NCBI GenBank assembly: GCA_965197905.1
Contig: CBDAOB010000005.1
Location: 1,856,001-1,920,000, forward strand
Direction: 5' to 3'
Length of the DNA stretch: 64,000 nt
DNA from: Candidatus Latescibacterota bacterium
Lineage (GTDB): Bacteria > Latescibacterota > UBA2968 > UBA8231
Shown here: one piece after another, positions 1 to 8,841 of the stretch
Layout: every line of letters starts with the position of its first letter
How positions within the stretch are numbered: the stretch's first letter is position 1
Notes under the pieces: generated by a model
Told to the model about the DNA's origin: nothing
The model's database searches: none
What the model saw: only the letters and a program-made list of their open reading frames with translations
Position numbers and translations under genes: made by a program

Positions 1-209
1 AACACCGGGCGGTACATCGCGTTTTCCGCCTCTTCCGAAAAGGTAGAAGGATCGAGGAAGAAACGGGAGACATTGCCGATCGATCGGATGTGGGGATTGC
101 GGACGACCGAGTGAAAGTCGTCGTAATGGAAACCGTGATCGAGGCTTCCCCAGTACAGAGCGGTCGCGACACCGAAGACACTACATGCGATGGCGGCCGA
201 GCGCAGCAA
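1..209 (-). CDS. N-terminus of a TMTC/GT-C-like membrane protein (usually TPR-containing), running off the window edge
   Basis: Manual translation from TTG at 209: LLRSAAIACSVFGVATALYWGSLDHGFHYDDFHSVVRNPHIRS...NAMYRPV. A TM helix is followed by the FxYDDxxxVxxNP and YRP motifs of TMTC-like GT-C proteins. Not in the ORF track. Confidence 0.7.
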   Translation of the reverse strand, partial: MLRSAAIACSVFGVATALYWGSLDHGFHYDDFHSVVRNPHIRSIGNVSRFFLDPSTFSEEAENAMYRPV

Positions 210-218
210 GGCTTGGAA

Positions 219-650
219 TCACTCCTCTAATTCACTGCTGACTTCCACAAAGTCGCGCTCGCCCTCACTCCACATAAAGCACTTGTACCCCGCCATCTCG
301 GATTTGTAGACTGAAAACACCAGGTATGCAACCCCGGGATAGGCAGGCTCATCCCATACCATGGCCCGTTCCTTGTCTTCATCGGAGAAGTACGCCTCGG
401 TGTCCACGTGGGAATGGTAGATGCCCAGCAACCCGCCCCCGGCTGCTTCGGCTTGCCTGACGATGTCGAACAGCTTCTGCGGATCGATGTAGTAGGCTAT
501 GCGTGAATCCCGGGGATAGCTTTCGGGATCTTTGGCGTGAAGGCTGTCCTGGATGTTCTCACACGGATGCACCTGGATTCCGTTCGGGCCTTCTGTCAGC
601 AAGCCGCAGCATTCTGCAGGATACTCGTCGCGGGCGTGCTGAAGCATCAC
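219..650 (-). CDS. Mov34/MPN/JAMM metallopeptidase (Mec/CysO-cysteine peptidase-like)
   Basis: YPAECCG and JAMM motif YHSHVDTEAYFSDED; directly downstream of cysteine synthase. Confidence 0.9.
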   Translation of the reverse strand: MMLQHARDEYPAECCGLLTEGPNGIQVHPCENIQDSLHAKDPESYPRDSRIAYYIDPQKLFDIVRQAEAAGGGLLGIYHSHVDTEAYFSDEDKERAMVWDEPAYPGVAYLVFSVYKSEMAGYKCFMWSEGERDFVEVSSELEE

Positions 651-692
651 CTTCAGCGTATCTGGTTCCAGCGAAATCAGGTGAAATCTCCT

Positions 693-1718
693 TTACGAGA
701 CGGAAGCTTCAAGAGCCGATCTCCACATCGGCGTGGTCATGTACTTGTCCCCACCGTCGCAGAACACGGTTACGACGACCCCTTCACTGAGCTGTTTGGC
801 CACCTCTATGGCGCCCCAGTACGCGGCCCCGGACGACTGTCCAACCAAAACACCGGCGCGCTTTGGCAGATCCAGGGTAACGTCGTAAGCTACCTCCGTG
901 CTCACCGTGATCTTGCGATCCAGCCATTTCTCGTTGTAGATCTCGGGAACAATTGAGCTCGCCATGTGTTTGAGACCTTCGATTCCATGAAACTCCTCCG
1001 GCTCGATAGCGATAATCTGGATGTTCGGGTCGAACGCCTTCAAACCCCGCCCCGTGCCCATTACCGTACCGCTGGTGCCAATGGTGGCAACGAAATGAGT
1101 CACCGTTTCGTTGGTTTGGCGCCAGATCTCGACGGCGGTGGTATCCCGGTGAGCCTTCCAATTAGAGGGATTGTTGTATTGATCCGGCTTGAAGTAGCGA
1201 TCCGGGTTTTCCTCGTATATCCGCCGCGCCTCCAGGATGGCGCCATCGGACATCTCCGAGGGATCGGTAAGAATAACCTCCGCACCGTAGGCCGAGAGAA
1301 TCGCCTTGCGCTCCGGACTCACATTCGCTGGCATGGCCAGCAACACCTTATAACCCTTCGCCGCCCCTATCATGGCATAGGCGATGCCGGTATTGCCGGA
1401 GGTGGAGTCGAGTATCGTTTTTCCGGGAACGAGGGCGCCGGAGCGCTCGCCATCCACGATCATGCGTAGAGCGGGCCGATCTTTAACCGAGCCTCCCGGG
1501 TTGAAGAACTCCAGTTTCGCGTAGACCCCCACGGCTGGCGGGATAGCTGGGTCGTGCAAGCGCAGCAATGGCGTGTTGCCGATGCCCTCGAGAATCGACG
1601 TCGGGCGCGACTCAGGTCCGGCTATATATAGATTGTTGCTTAAATCTCTGCTGAGGCTCAAAATTGGGATGGACGGCCAGGATCGGAGACGAGGTGGGAA
1701 TATGGTGACCTTCGGCAC
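693..1718 (-). CDS. cysM: PLP-dependent cysteine synthase (CysK/CysM family); start uncertain (GTG 1718 or TTG 1661)
   Basis: IGNTPL, KLEFFNPGGSVKDR (PLP lysine), TSGNTG, GTSGT and GQSSGA motifs. Confidence 0.88.
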   Translation of the reverse strand: MPKVTIFPPRLRSWPSIPILSLSRDLSNNLYIAGPESRPTSILEGIGNTPLLRLHDPAIPPAVGVYAKLEFFNPGGSVKDRPALRMIVDGERSGALVPGKTILDSTSGNTGIAYAMIGAAKGYKVLLAMPANVSPERKAILSAYGAEVILTDPSEMSDGAILEARRIYEENPDRYFKPDQYNNPSNWKAHRDTTAVEIWRQTNETVTHFVATIGTSGTVMGTGRGLKAFDPNIQIIAIEPEEFHGIEGLKHMASSIVPEIYNEKWLDRKITVSTEVAYDVTLDLPKRAGVLVGQSSGAAYWGAIEVAKQLSEGVVVTVFCDGGDKYMTTPMWRSALEASVS

Positions 1719-1775
1719 GCGCAGTATCGAATATATTTTGGCTCCCTATAGGTGTCAACTGAACCCTAACTCCGC

Positions 1776-1804
1776 TTGACACATGCAAATGCGATCTATA
1801 TCTT
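1776..1804 (+). promoter_or_regulatory. Sigma70-type promoter for aspS
   Basis: TTGACA (1776-1781), 17 nt spacer, TATCTT (1799-1804), about 80 nt upstream of aspS. Confidence 0.6.
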
Positions 1805-1884
1805 CCGATGTTTCCTCATTTGAGCTGTAGGTTGCCCCGGCACCCCACCCCACCTTGTTACCGAACGTGTAACCATCTCTAGCG

Positions 1885-3672
1885 ATGTCTGAATCGATCG
1901 AAAGCCTGGGCGATTGGCAGCGTAGCCATGACTGCGGCACTCTGACCAAAGGACAGATCGGTGAGACGGTCACCCTCATGGGCTGGGCCGGCCGTCGTCG
2001 TGACCACGGCGGCGTTATCTTCATCGACCTCCGCGACCGCTACGGAATTACCCAGGTCGTGTTCAATCCACAGCACGACGAGTCGGCGCACGCGAAGGCG
2101 GAATCTCTGCGCAGCGAGTACGTGATGGCAGTACAGGGGGTCGTGGAGGCGAGGCCCGATGGCATGGTAAATCCCAAGCTTCCCACTGGAGCGATCGAGG
2201 TCAACTGTCACGCGTTGCGGATACTGAACACGGCCCTCCCACCCGTCTTTCAGCTGGAAGAAGACCCGGATGTCAGCGAGGAGACCCGACTGAAATATCG
2301 TTTCCTCGATTTGCGGCGGGTGCCCATGCAGGAAAATCTGCGTCTGCGGCATCGAGCCTATCAGACCACGAGACGGGTTCTGGACGAGTTGGGCTTCCTT
2401 GAGGTCGAAACCCCATTTTTGATCAGGAGCACACCGGAGGGAGCTCGAGACTTTCTCGTCCCCAGTCGGGTTCACCCGGGGAGCTTCTTCGCCTTGCCCC
2501 AGTCGCCGCAGACTTACAAGCAGCTGCTCATGGTTTCCGGCTGCGACCGCTACTTCCAGATCGTAAAGTGCTTTCGCGACGAGGACCTGCGAGCCGACAG
2601 ACAACCCGAGTTCACCCAGATCGACCTCGAAATGTCCTTCGTGAACGAAAGGGACGTAATGCACGTGGCGGAAGGTGTCACCCGGGCGCTCTTTCGGGAA
2701 CTGGCTGGCTTGGAGTTACCCGATCCGTTTCCGCAATTAAACTACAGCGAAGCGATCGAGCGGTTTGGATCCGATAAACCCGACCTCAGATTTGGGCTCG
2801 AATTCGTCAATCTGGCCGAGGCTGCCGCCGCGTCCGAGTTCAACGTGTTCCTGAAGGTGCTTGAGAATGGCGGCCAGGTAAAAGGAATCAACGTAAAGGG
2901 GGGCAATAAGTTACCAAGAAGCCAGATCGACGATTTGATCGCCTTTACCCAAGCCCAGGGAGCCAAGGGATTAAGCTGGATCAAACACACAGTCGACGGC
3001 CTTGAATCCTCGATCGCGAAATTCTTTCCCGCACCTGCCCGCGACCTGGTCATCGCGGCGATGGCCTCAGAGCCGGGTGATCTGCTCCTGTTCGTCGCCG
3101 ATCAACCCGATAACGTTGCTCGCTACCTTTCGGCCCTCCGTCTCGAACTTGCCAGGCGTCTGGAACTAATTGAGGCCAACACATGGAAACCGTTGTGGGT
3201 CAAAGAGTTTCCCCTGCTTGAAAGAGATCCCGAAGCCAACCGCTTTGTCGCCATGCACCACCCGTTCACCGCGCCTATCGAGGACGATATCGAGGGGCTG
3301 GAAAGGGATCCCCAAGCCGTTCGAGCGCGGGCTTACGATCTGGTGTTGAACGGGAACGAGATTGCCGGAGGCAGCATACGAATCTTCCAGGAGCCGTTGC
3401 AACGCCGGGTCTTCGAGCTGCTGGCAATTTCAGCCGATGAAGCGCAACAGAAGTTCGGCTTTCTGCTGGAGGCGTTGCAGTACGGCGCTCCTCCGCACGG
3501 AGGTATCGCCTTCGGGTTCGACCGTCTGGTGGCATTGCTGGCAGGTGAAAGATCCATACGTGAGGTAATCGCCTTCCCCAAGACCAACAGGGCGGTCGGT
3601 CTGATGGAGAACGCCCCGGGCGCGGTAGATGAGTCCCAATTGCGCGAATTGGGCCTTTCGTTGACCCTTTGA
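1885..3672 (+). CDS. aspS: Aspartate--tRNA ligase, probably non-discriminating Asp/Asn type
   Basis: OB-fold RRDHGGVIFIDLRD, STPEGARDF, LPQSPQ, CFRDEDLRADRQPEFTQID, GAPPHGGIAFGFDR. The His-Gly in RRDHGG is typical of non-discriminating AspRS. Confidence 0.97.
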   Translation: MSESIESLGDWQRSHDCGTLTKGQIGETVTLMGWAGRRRDHGGVIFIDLRDRYGITQVVFNPQHDESAHAKAESLRSEYVMAVQGVVEARPDGMVNPKLPTGAIEVNCHALRILNTALPPVFQLEEDPDVSEETRLKYRFLDLRRVPMQENLRLRHRAYQTTRRVLDELGFLEVETPFLIRSTPEGARDFLVPSRVHPGSFFALPQSPQTYKQLLMVSGCDRYFQIVKCFRDEDLRADRQPEFTQIDLEMSFVNERDVMHVAEGVTRALFRELAGLELPDPFPQLNYSEAIERFGSDKPDLRFGLEFVNLAEAAAASEFNVFLKVLENGGQVKGINVKGGNKLPRSQIDDLIAFTQAQGAKGLSWIKHTVDGLESSIAKFFPAPARDLVIAAMASEPGDLLLFVADQPDNVARYLSALRLELARRLELIEANTWKPLWVKEFPLLERDPEANRFVAMHHPFTAPIEDDIEGLERDPQAVRARAYDLVLNGNEIAGGSIRIFQEPLQRRVFELLAISADEAQQKFGFLLEALQYGAPPHGGIAFGFDRLVALLAGERSIREVIAFPKTNRAVGLMENAPGAVDESQLRELGLSLTL

Positions 3673-3709
3673 AATGTGCCTAACTATTTGTAAGGGCAGG
3701 AATTTTAAC

Positions 3710-3738
3710 TTGACATCACTTTTGGCGAACTGTAATTT
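3710..3738 (+). promoter_or_regulatory. Sigma70-type promoter for the lipoprotein-LysM unit
   Basis: TTGACA (3710-3715), 17 nt spacer, TAATTT (3733-3738); strong GGAGGAG RBS at 3816-3822. Confidence 0.65.
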
Positions 3739-3829
3739 TTCACTGTAACTGCAGCTAACATCAGCGTTTTCATTCGGATAGTGCCCAAATGGGAACTGCG
3801 GATGATGTCCATTCCGGAGGAGTCATTTA

Positions 3830-4117
3830 ATGAGCCAGTTTGTTACCCGATGTAGAAGGTTGACCGTCGCAGGGTCTGCCAGCGTGTTGCTCGCCCTTCC
3901 CCTGGTCTCCGGCTGCGCAGGCGGCCCTTCCCAGGAAGAGTTGGGCAGCCTTGAGGAGCGCCGCAACGCGGTTGCCGCGGCGGAAACCAAGGTTGCCGAT
4001 CTGAAGGCGGAAAAAGCGCGTTTGGAGCGCAAGCTCGCCGAGAAGAAGGCGGCCCTGAAACGGGCAAAGGATAACCAGGATGCAGCCAGCGCCGCGTTGA
4101 GCGGCAGAACCGAATAA
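3830..4117 (+). CDS. Small coiled-coil lipoprotein
   Basis: Strong RBS; signal peptide ending LVSG-C (lipobox); mature part is an Ala/Lys/Glu-rich heptad coiled coil. Confidence 0.8.
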   Translation: MSQFVTRCRRLTVAGSASVLLALPLVSGCAGGPSQEELGSLEERRNAVAAAETKVADLKAEKARLERKLAEKKAALKRAKDNQDAASAALSGRTE

Positions 4118-4126
4118 GATCTGATC

Positions 4127-4978
4127 ATGAAAAGGTTGATAGAGATGAGAAATGTGACGACGGTTGCCACCTCTCTACTTGTCTTGGGCCTGTTTTTTGG
4201 CGAGTCGGTGTCCGCCCAAGAAAAGATGACTCGCGAGCAGTATAAGATGGAGATGGTCGACCTGGATGTTCGTGAGGGGGCCGCTCAGGCTGAGATCACC
4301 CGCCTCGAAGGCGATATAGCTGCCTTGAAAGGTGATATCGACGCGGTCGATGCGGACGCAGCCTCGGTCCGTGCAAATACTCTGAGCATGTTGGGCGTCT
4401 CGGAGAGGGAGTTCATGGCTGCCGAAAAGCGTTTGCGGGGCATGTTGAAACAACTCGAAGGCTTGTCGGCTTTGGCCCCCGAGGAGAGGTTCCATCAACG
4501 CGCAGAATTGGACGATGTCGAGGCCCGTCTCGCGATTATCAAGAAACGGAAGCTCGCTGCACACCCGGATCTCGCACACCTGATCGCCAGAGTAGACGGC
4601 ATGCTCAGCGATTTGCGCAGCGGAATGCCACGGCAGATGAGCGTCGATTACACCGTGGTCCGTGGCGACAACCTGTGGAACATTGCGAAGAAGGACGACA
4701 TCTACGCCGACCCGTACATGTGGCCCAGGATCTACCGCGCCAATCGTAACGCGATTAAGGACCCCGACCTCATTTACCCGAAGCAGACCTTGTCTGTTCC
4801 CTTCGGGGTTTCCGAGAACCAATACCTGGTTACTCGCGGAGACTTCCTGTCGAAGATCGCGGCCGCCGTGTACAACGATCCGACCAAGTGGCACAAGATC
4901 TATCAGGCCAACAAGGAACAGATTGTCGAGCCGAACCTGGTGTTTCCGGCCCAGGTGTTTGACGTGCCCTCCAACTGA
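4127..4978 (+). CDS. Exported coiled-coil protein with two C-terminal LysM peptidoglycan-binding domains
   Basis: Signal peptide (..VSA-QE), coiled coil, then YTVVRGDNLWNIAKK..WPRIYRAN..DPDLIYP and YLVTRGDFLSKIA..WHKIYQAN..PNLVFP. Confidence 0.9.
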   Translation: MKRLIEMRNVTTVATSLLVLGLFFGESVSAQEKMTREQYKMEMVDLDVREGAAQAEITRLEGDIAALKGDIDAVDADAASVRANTLSMLGVSEREFMAAEKRLRGMLKQLEGLSALAPEERFHQRAELDDVEARLAIIKKRKLAAHPDLAHLIARVDGMLSDLRSGMPRQMSVDYTVVRGDNLWNIAKKDDIYADPYMWPRIYRANRNAIKDPDLIYPKQTLSVPFGVSENQYLVTRGDFLSKIAAAVYNDPTKWHKIYQANKEQIVEPNLVFPAQVFDVPSN

Positions 4979-5030
4979 TCAGGAGAGCAGCATACACACA
5001 TTTTGAGTAATACCTAAATAAACCTACTAC

Positions 5031-5080
5031 GTGAGAGGGGTTCGGTACCTGTGAACGGGTATCGGGCCCCTTTCGCATTT
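5031..5080 (+). terminator. Long RNA hairpin (terminator or stability/processing element) between the LysM gene and phoH
   Basis: 5031-5051 pairs with 5056-5076 over 21 consecutive bp (6 G-U) around a 4-nt loop; only a short U tail follows. Confidence 0.55.
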
Positions 5081-5094
5081 CTGGCGGCAAAGAT

Positions 5095-6060
5095 TTGAAG
5101 AACGGCACCAGTATTTCGATCGCCCAAATAGATCCCCTTACACTGTTCGGCACGAATGATCGGAATCTCCTACTTATCGAAAAGAATTACGGGGTTTCCC
5201 TGGTCGCTCGGGGCGATCGGCTCCTGTTGAATGGTCCCGCGGATTCCATTCAGAACGCAACAGGTATGATTGAGCACCTGGTAACTCGCCTGCGCTCGGT
5301 TCCTCCCGTTGATGAAGCCGAGCTGCGGTCGATTATTGAGGGCGACATTCCGACTATTCAGTCGGACGGTCGGTTGTGTGACGATAACGCGGTGGTGAAA
5401 ACCTACAAAGGATCGGTGCGCGCTCGCACGGATGGGCAGGCGAGCTACCTAAAGGCGATATCCAAGCTTGATATCGTCTTTGCTATCGGTCCAGCAGGAA
5501 CCGGAAAGACATTTTTGGCCGTCGCGATTGCGGTGGCCGCACTCAAGATAAAACGGGTTTCGCGCATAGTCCTGGTACGACCTGCGGTCGAAGCGGGAGA
5601 ACGCCTCGGGTTTCTACCGGGAGCCCTCGAAGACAAAGTGGATCCGTACTTGCGCCCGCTGTATGACGCCCTCCAAAACCTCCTCGAGCCCGAGCGTCTG
5701 CGCCGCTTTCAGGATATGAAGATTATCGAGGTTGCCCCGTTGGCCTACATGCGGGGTCGCACCCTAGACAATGCGTTCATAATTCTCGATGAAGCGCAGA
5801 ATACCACCCCTCAACAGATGAAGATGTTCTTGACCCGCCTGGGAAGCGGTTCGAAGGCGGTCATCACCGGGGACATCACCCAAACCGACCTGCCCGAAGA
5901 CCAGCCTTCCGGACTCATCGAGGTGCAGAAGATCCTCAACAATCAAACCGAGATTGCGTTCATACATATGGGCCAGAATGACGTGGTCCGCAATCCGCTC
6001 GTTCAATCCATCATTCGCGCCTACGAACATCACGAAATCGGCAACGGCCAGCCACGTTAG
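5095..6060 (+). CDS. phoH: PhoH family ATPase (YbeZ)
   Basis: GPAGTGKT, RPAVEAGERLGFLPG, APLAYMRGRTL, DEAQN, GDITQTDLP. Confidence 0.95.
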   Translation: MKNGTSISIAQIDPLTLFGTNDRNLLLIEKNYGVSLVARGDRLLLNGPADSIQNATGMIEHLVTRLRSVPPVDEAELRSIIEGDIPTIQSDGRLCDDNAVVKTYKGSVRARTDGQASYLKAISKLDIVFAIGPAGTGKTFLAVAIAVAALKIKRVSRIVLVRPAVEAGERLGFLPGALEDKVDPYLRPLYDALQNLLEPERLRRFQDMKIIEVAPLAYMRGRTLDNAFIILDEAQNTTPQQMKMFLTRLGSGSKAVITGDITQTDLPEDQPSGLIEVQKILNNQTEIAFIHMGQNDVVRNPLVQSIIRAYEHHEIGNGQPR

Positions 6061-6073
6061 ATTGCCTTCCCCA

Positions 6074-8347
6074 ATGAACCTTTCCCGGCTTTCCCGATGG
6101 TGGTCACAGCTAGGAGGCCAACACCGAGCCGGGCATCCGCATATTCGCGTATGGAACCGACGCACGCTGCTGACGTATCGCGTTGCCCTGGCCCTCATCG
6201 TGGTCGGCTTTCTCACGACGCTGGCATCCCACCAACGACCGTATAACATCGGCGATCTGCGGCTTGGCCAAACGGCACCCGAAACGGTGCGAGCACCTTT
6301 TCTTTTTCAGGTGCCAAAGAGCGATGGGGAGCTGTCCGAAGAAAGACACCGGGCGGAAAGAACAATCCCCACCTATATGCGCCATAATGACGAGATCGAG
6401 TTGCGCCAGTCGGCACATCTCGACTCCGTCTTTCGGACGCTGTTGACGAGCATCCGCCTGCAAGTGCCCGACACATTGAAGCAGCAGCATTTGCAGCGGC
6501 AACTTCCCGACGTGATCGGCTCGCTCTCTGTCGAAGCCTTGTCCACCCTCGTAAAGGTTCTGTCCACGGCCAGCATGCCCTACGCCATGGATTTCCAGGC
6601 GGCGTGCCAACAGATTCTAGCCGATCTGTATGCGGCCGGAATAATCGCCTCCAAGACGCCCCTTTCCAATGACATTTCAAGCCGGGTGCGTATCGGCAAA
6701 TCGGAACTGCCCGTGGACGTCATCCACAGCGAGGAGGAGCTCCGGCAAGGAGCCATGTTGCCGATCATCGCGGGGTATCGACTGATCGACGAGCGCGGAG
6801 CCGCCGCAGCGGTTCACGAGCTTCTCGGGCTGTTTATCCAACCCAACCTGGTAATCGACAGGGTCTTCACCGAACGAGGCCGCGCAGAAGCCAGAAGGGG
6901 CGTGGCCAGCATCAAACGGATTTACGCGGAGGACGATGTCATCGTTGAGGAGAACGAGGTCGTCACGGCGCAACACATCGAAAGCCTTGACGCGTTGGCG
7001 CAGCGGCTGGCGGAACAAGAGCTACAAAATCCGCTCACGCGACTTCTGCAGAGGATCGCGGCAGCTGTTGTCGCGGCGTTTCTTGTGATACTGTTCGGAT
7101 TTTATCTAGCAACGCGCGAAATCGAGATCTACAATCAACCAGGACCTCTCCTCCTGCTTTCACTCCTCGCTATTGCTGTGGCTGCGACGGGAGCATACAT
7201 AAAAACGAACCAGCTGGATATCTACCTTGTACCGACCGCTCTGGTGGCGATGCTGGCGACGATCCTTCTCAACCAGCAGATCGGACTGGTCCTGTCACTT
7301 CTGATCGCCCTCGAGGTTGGAGCTATTTTCGGGGATTTCTACGTCGCGCTGACTTGCGCCCTGACCTCGGCAGTGGCGGTCTTTTCCGTTAGACACGTCC
7401 GGCACAGAAACCAGTTCTATCGGGCTATGATATTTCTGCCCATATCCTACGCACTGTTAATTGCCGCCGCTGATGTACTTCGTTTTTTGCCTGCCGAAGA
7501 GATATATCAGCATGTCCTGCCGGGAGTGTTTGTCGGGGTTGCGGCTCCCATTCTTACGATCGGTCTGCTGCCGATCTTCGAGAGCCTGTTCAACCGAACC
7601 ACGGACATAACTCTGTTGGAGCTTTCCGATCTCAACAGGCCACTTTTGCGGGAATTGGCCATCAAGGCCCCGGGCACCTATACCCACAGTCTGATCATGG
7701 CCAATCTTTCAGAGAGCGCTGCCGAGGCTATTGGCGCAAACCCGCTCTTGGCGCGAGTCGCCAGCTATTACCACGACATTGGCAAAATGATCAAACCTGA
7801 GTACTTTTCTGAAAATCAAGGCCTTCGAGGAGGGCGAAATCCACATGATCAACTGACTCCGAATATGAGCATGTTGATTATCGTCTCCCACGTGAAAGAC
7901 GGACTTGAAATGGCGGCCGAGCACGGTTTGCCAAAATCGATATCGGACCTGATTCCCCAACATCATGGCACCACGGTCATCGACTACTTCTATAACCGGG
8001 CGGTTGAGCTCGGGGAAGAGAATGTTCGCAAAGACGACTTTCGTTACGGGGGCCCAAAGCCCCAGGACAAGGAAGCTGGAATCCTCATGCTGGCCGATTC
8101 CGTGGAGTCTGCGGTCAGGACTCTGAATGAGCGAACGGCAAACCGGGTGAGGCAGCTCGTGAGCAGGATAGTGCAGCAGAAGTTCACCGCCGGAGAGCTG
8201 GATGAGTGCGAATTGACACTCCAGGATCTGCACGGGATCGAAGAGAGTTTCATCCCTGTGTTGATGGGCACCCTCCACGGTCGTGTTGAATATCCCTGGC
8301 AGCAGGTCGCGAAGAAAACTCCCAGAGATGTTTCGCATCCAATTTGA
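6074..8347 (+). CDS. 7TM-HD phosphohydrolase (7TMR-HDED/HDIG, PgpH/YqfF-like)
   Basis: N-terminal TM, large extracytoplasmic region, multiple TMs, then APGTYTHS, YYHDIGK, HHGT and MLADSVE. Start taken at ATG 6074, just after phoH. Confidence 0.9.
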   Translation: MNLSRLSRWWSQLGGQHRAGHPHIRVWNRRTLLTYRVALALIVVGFLTTLASHQRPYNIGDLRLGQTAPETVRAPFLFQVPKSDGELSEERHRAERTIPTYMRHNDEIELRQSAHLDSVFRTLLTSIRLQVPDTLKQQHLQRQLPDVIGSLSVEALSTLVKVLSTASMPYAMDFQAACQQILADLYAAGIIASKTPLSNDISSRVRIGKSELPVDVIHSEEELRQGAMLPIIAGYRLIDERGAAAAVHELLGLFIQPNLVIDRVFTERGRAEARRGVASIKRIYAEDDVIVEENEVVTAQHIESLDALAQRLAEQELQNPLTRLLQRIAAAVVAAFLVILFGFYLATREIEIYNQPGPLLLLSLLAIAVAATGAYIKTNQLDIYLVPTALVAMLATILLNQQIGLVLSLLIALEVGAIFGDFYVALTCALTSAVAVFSVRHVRHRNQFYRAMIFLPISYALLIAAADVLRFLPAEEIYQHVLPGVFVGVAAPILTIGLLPIFESLFNRTTDITLLELSDLNRPLLRELAIKAPGTYTHSLIMANLSESAAEAIGANPLLARVASYYHDIGKMIKPEYFSENQGLRGGRNPHDQLTPNMSMLIIVSHVKDGLEMAAEHGLPKSISDLIPQHHGTTVIDYFYNRAVELGEENVRKDDFRYGGPKPQDKEAGILMLADSVESAVRTLNERTANRVRQLVSRIVQQKFTAGELDECELTLQDLHGIEESFIPVLMGTLHGRVEYPWQQVAKKTPRDVSHPI

Positions 8348-8795
8348 CGAGCAGATCGGGACGCCACACCCCGAAATCCTGGCTCGACTCGAGCCACTCG
8401 TCGAGCACGCCTGCCGTCGCTTCGGTTTGCCAGGACCGGTGCACGTGATCATCACGACGGACAATCGCATGCAGCAACTGAATTCGACGTTCAGGAACAG
8501 AGAAGAAACGACCGATGTGCTTTCCTTCGACCTGGGAGGCGATGAACTCGCGTCCACCGAGGAAGAGGAAAGACCGGCACAAGCGGAGATCTACGTTTCT
8601 GTCGAGCGAGCTCGCGAGCAGGGGGAAGCGCAAGGAATATCCCTCGTCGATGAAGCGAGTCGGCTGGTCGCCCATGGACTGCTGCATTTGGCCGGATACG
8701 ACCACGACACGCCCAGCGACCTGCGCGAGATGGAGTCGGAAACCGAAAGGATTCTTAAGTGTTCGATACAGACCGATTCCGCCGCTCAACCTTGA
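8328..8795 (+). CDS. ybeY: rRNA maturation endoribonuclease YbeY
   Basis: TDVLSF and HGLLHLAGYDH metal-binding motif; conserved position after phoH. Confidence 0.93.
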   Translation: MFRIQFDEQIGTPHPEILARLEPLVEHACRRFGLPGPVHVIITTDNRMQQLNSTFRNREETTDVLSFDLGGDELASTEEEERPAQAEIYVSVERAREQGEAQGISLVDEASRLVAHGLLHLAGYDHDTPSDLREMESETERILKCSIQTDSAAQP

Positions 8796-8841
8796 GACTG
8801 TCCTGGCAGGCGGTGTTTCCACGAAAGGAGCCGAGCAGTAT

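Noticed and set aside
5954..6073. Long upstream extensions in the ORF track (also from 8515, 16074, 48627 and 56125)
   Set aside because: They overlap neighbouring genes; downstream starts that fit gene boundaries, several with a clear RBS, are more plausible.
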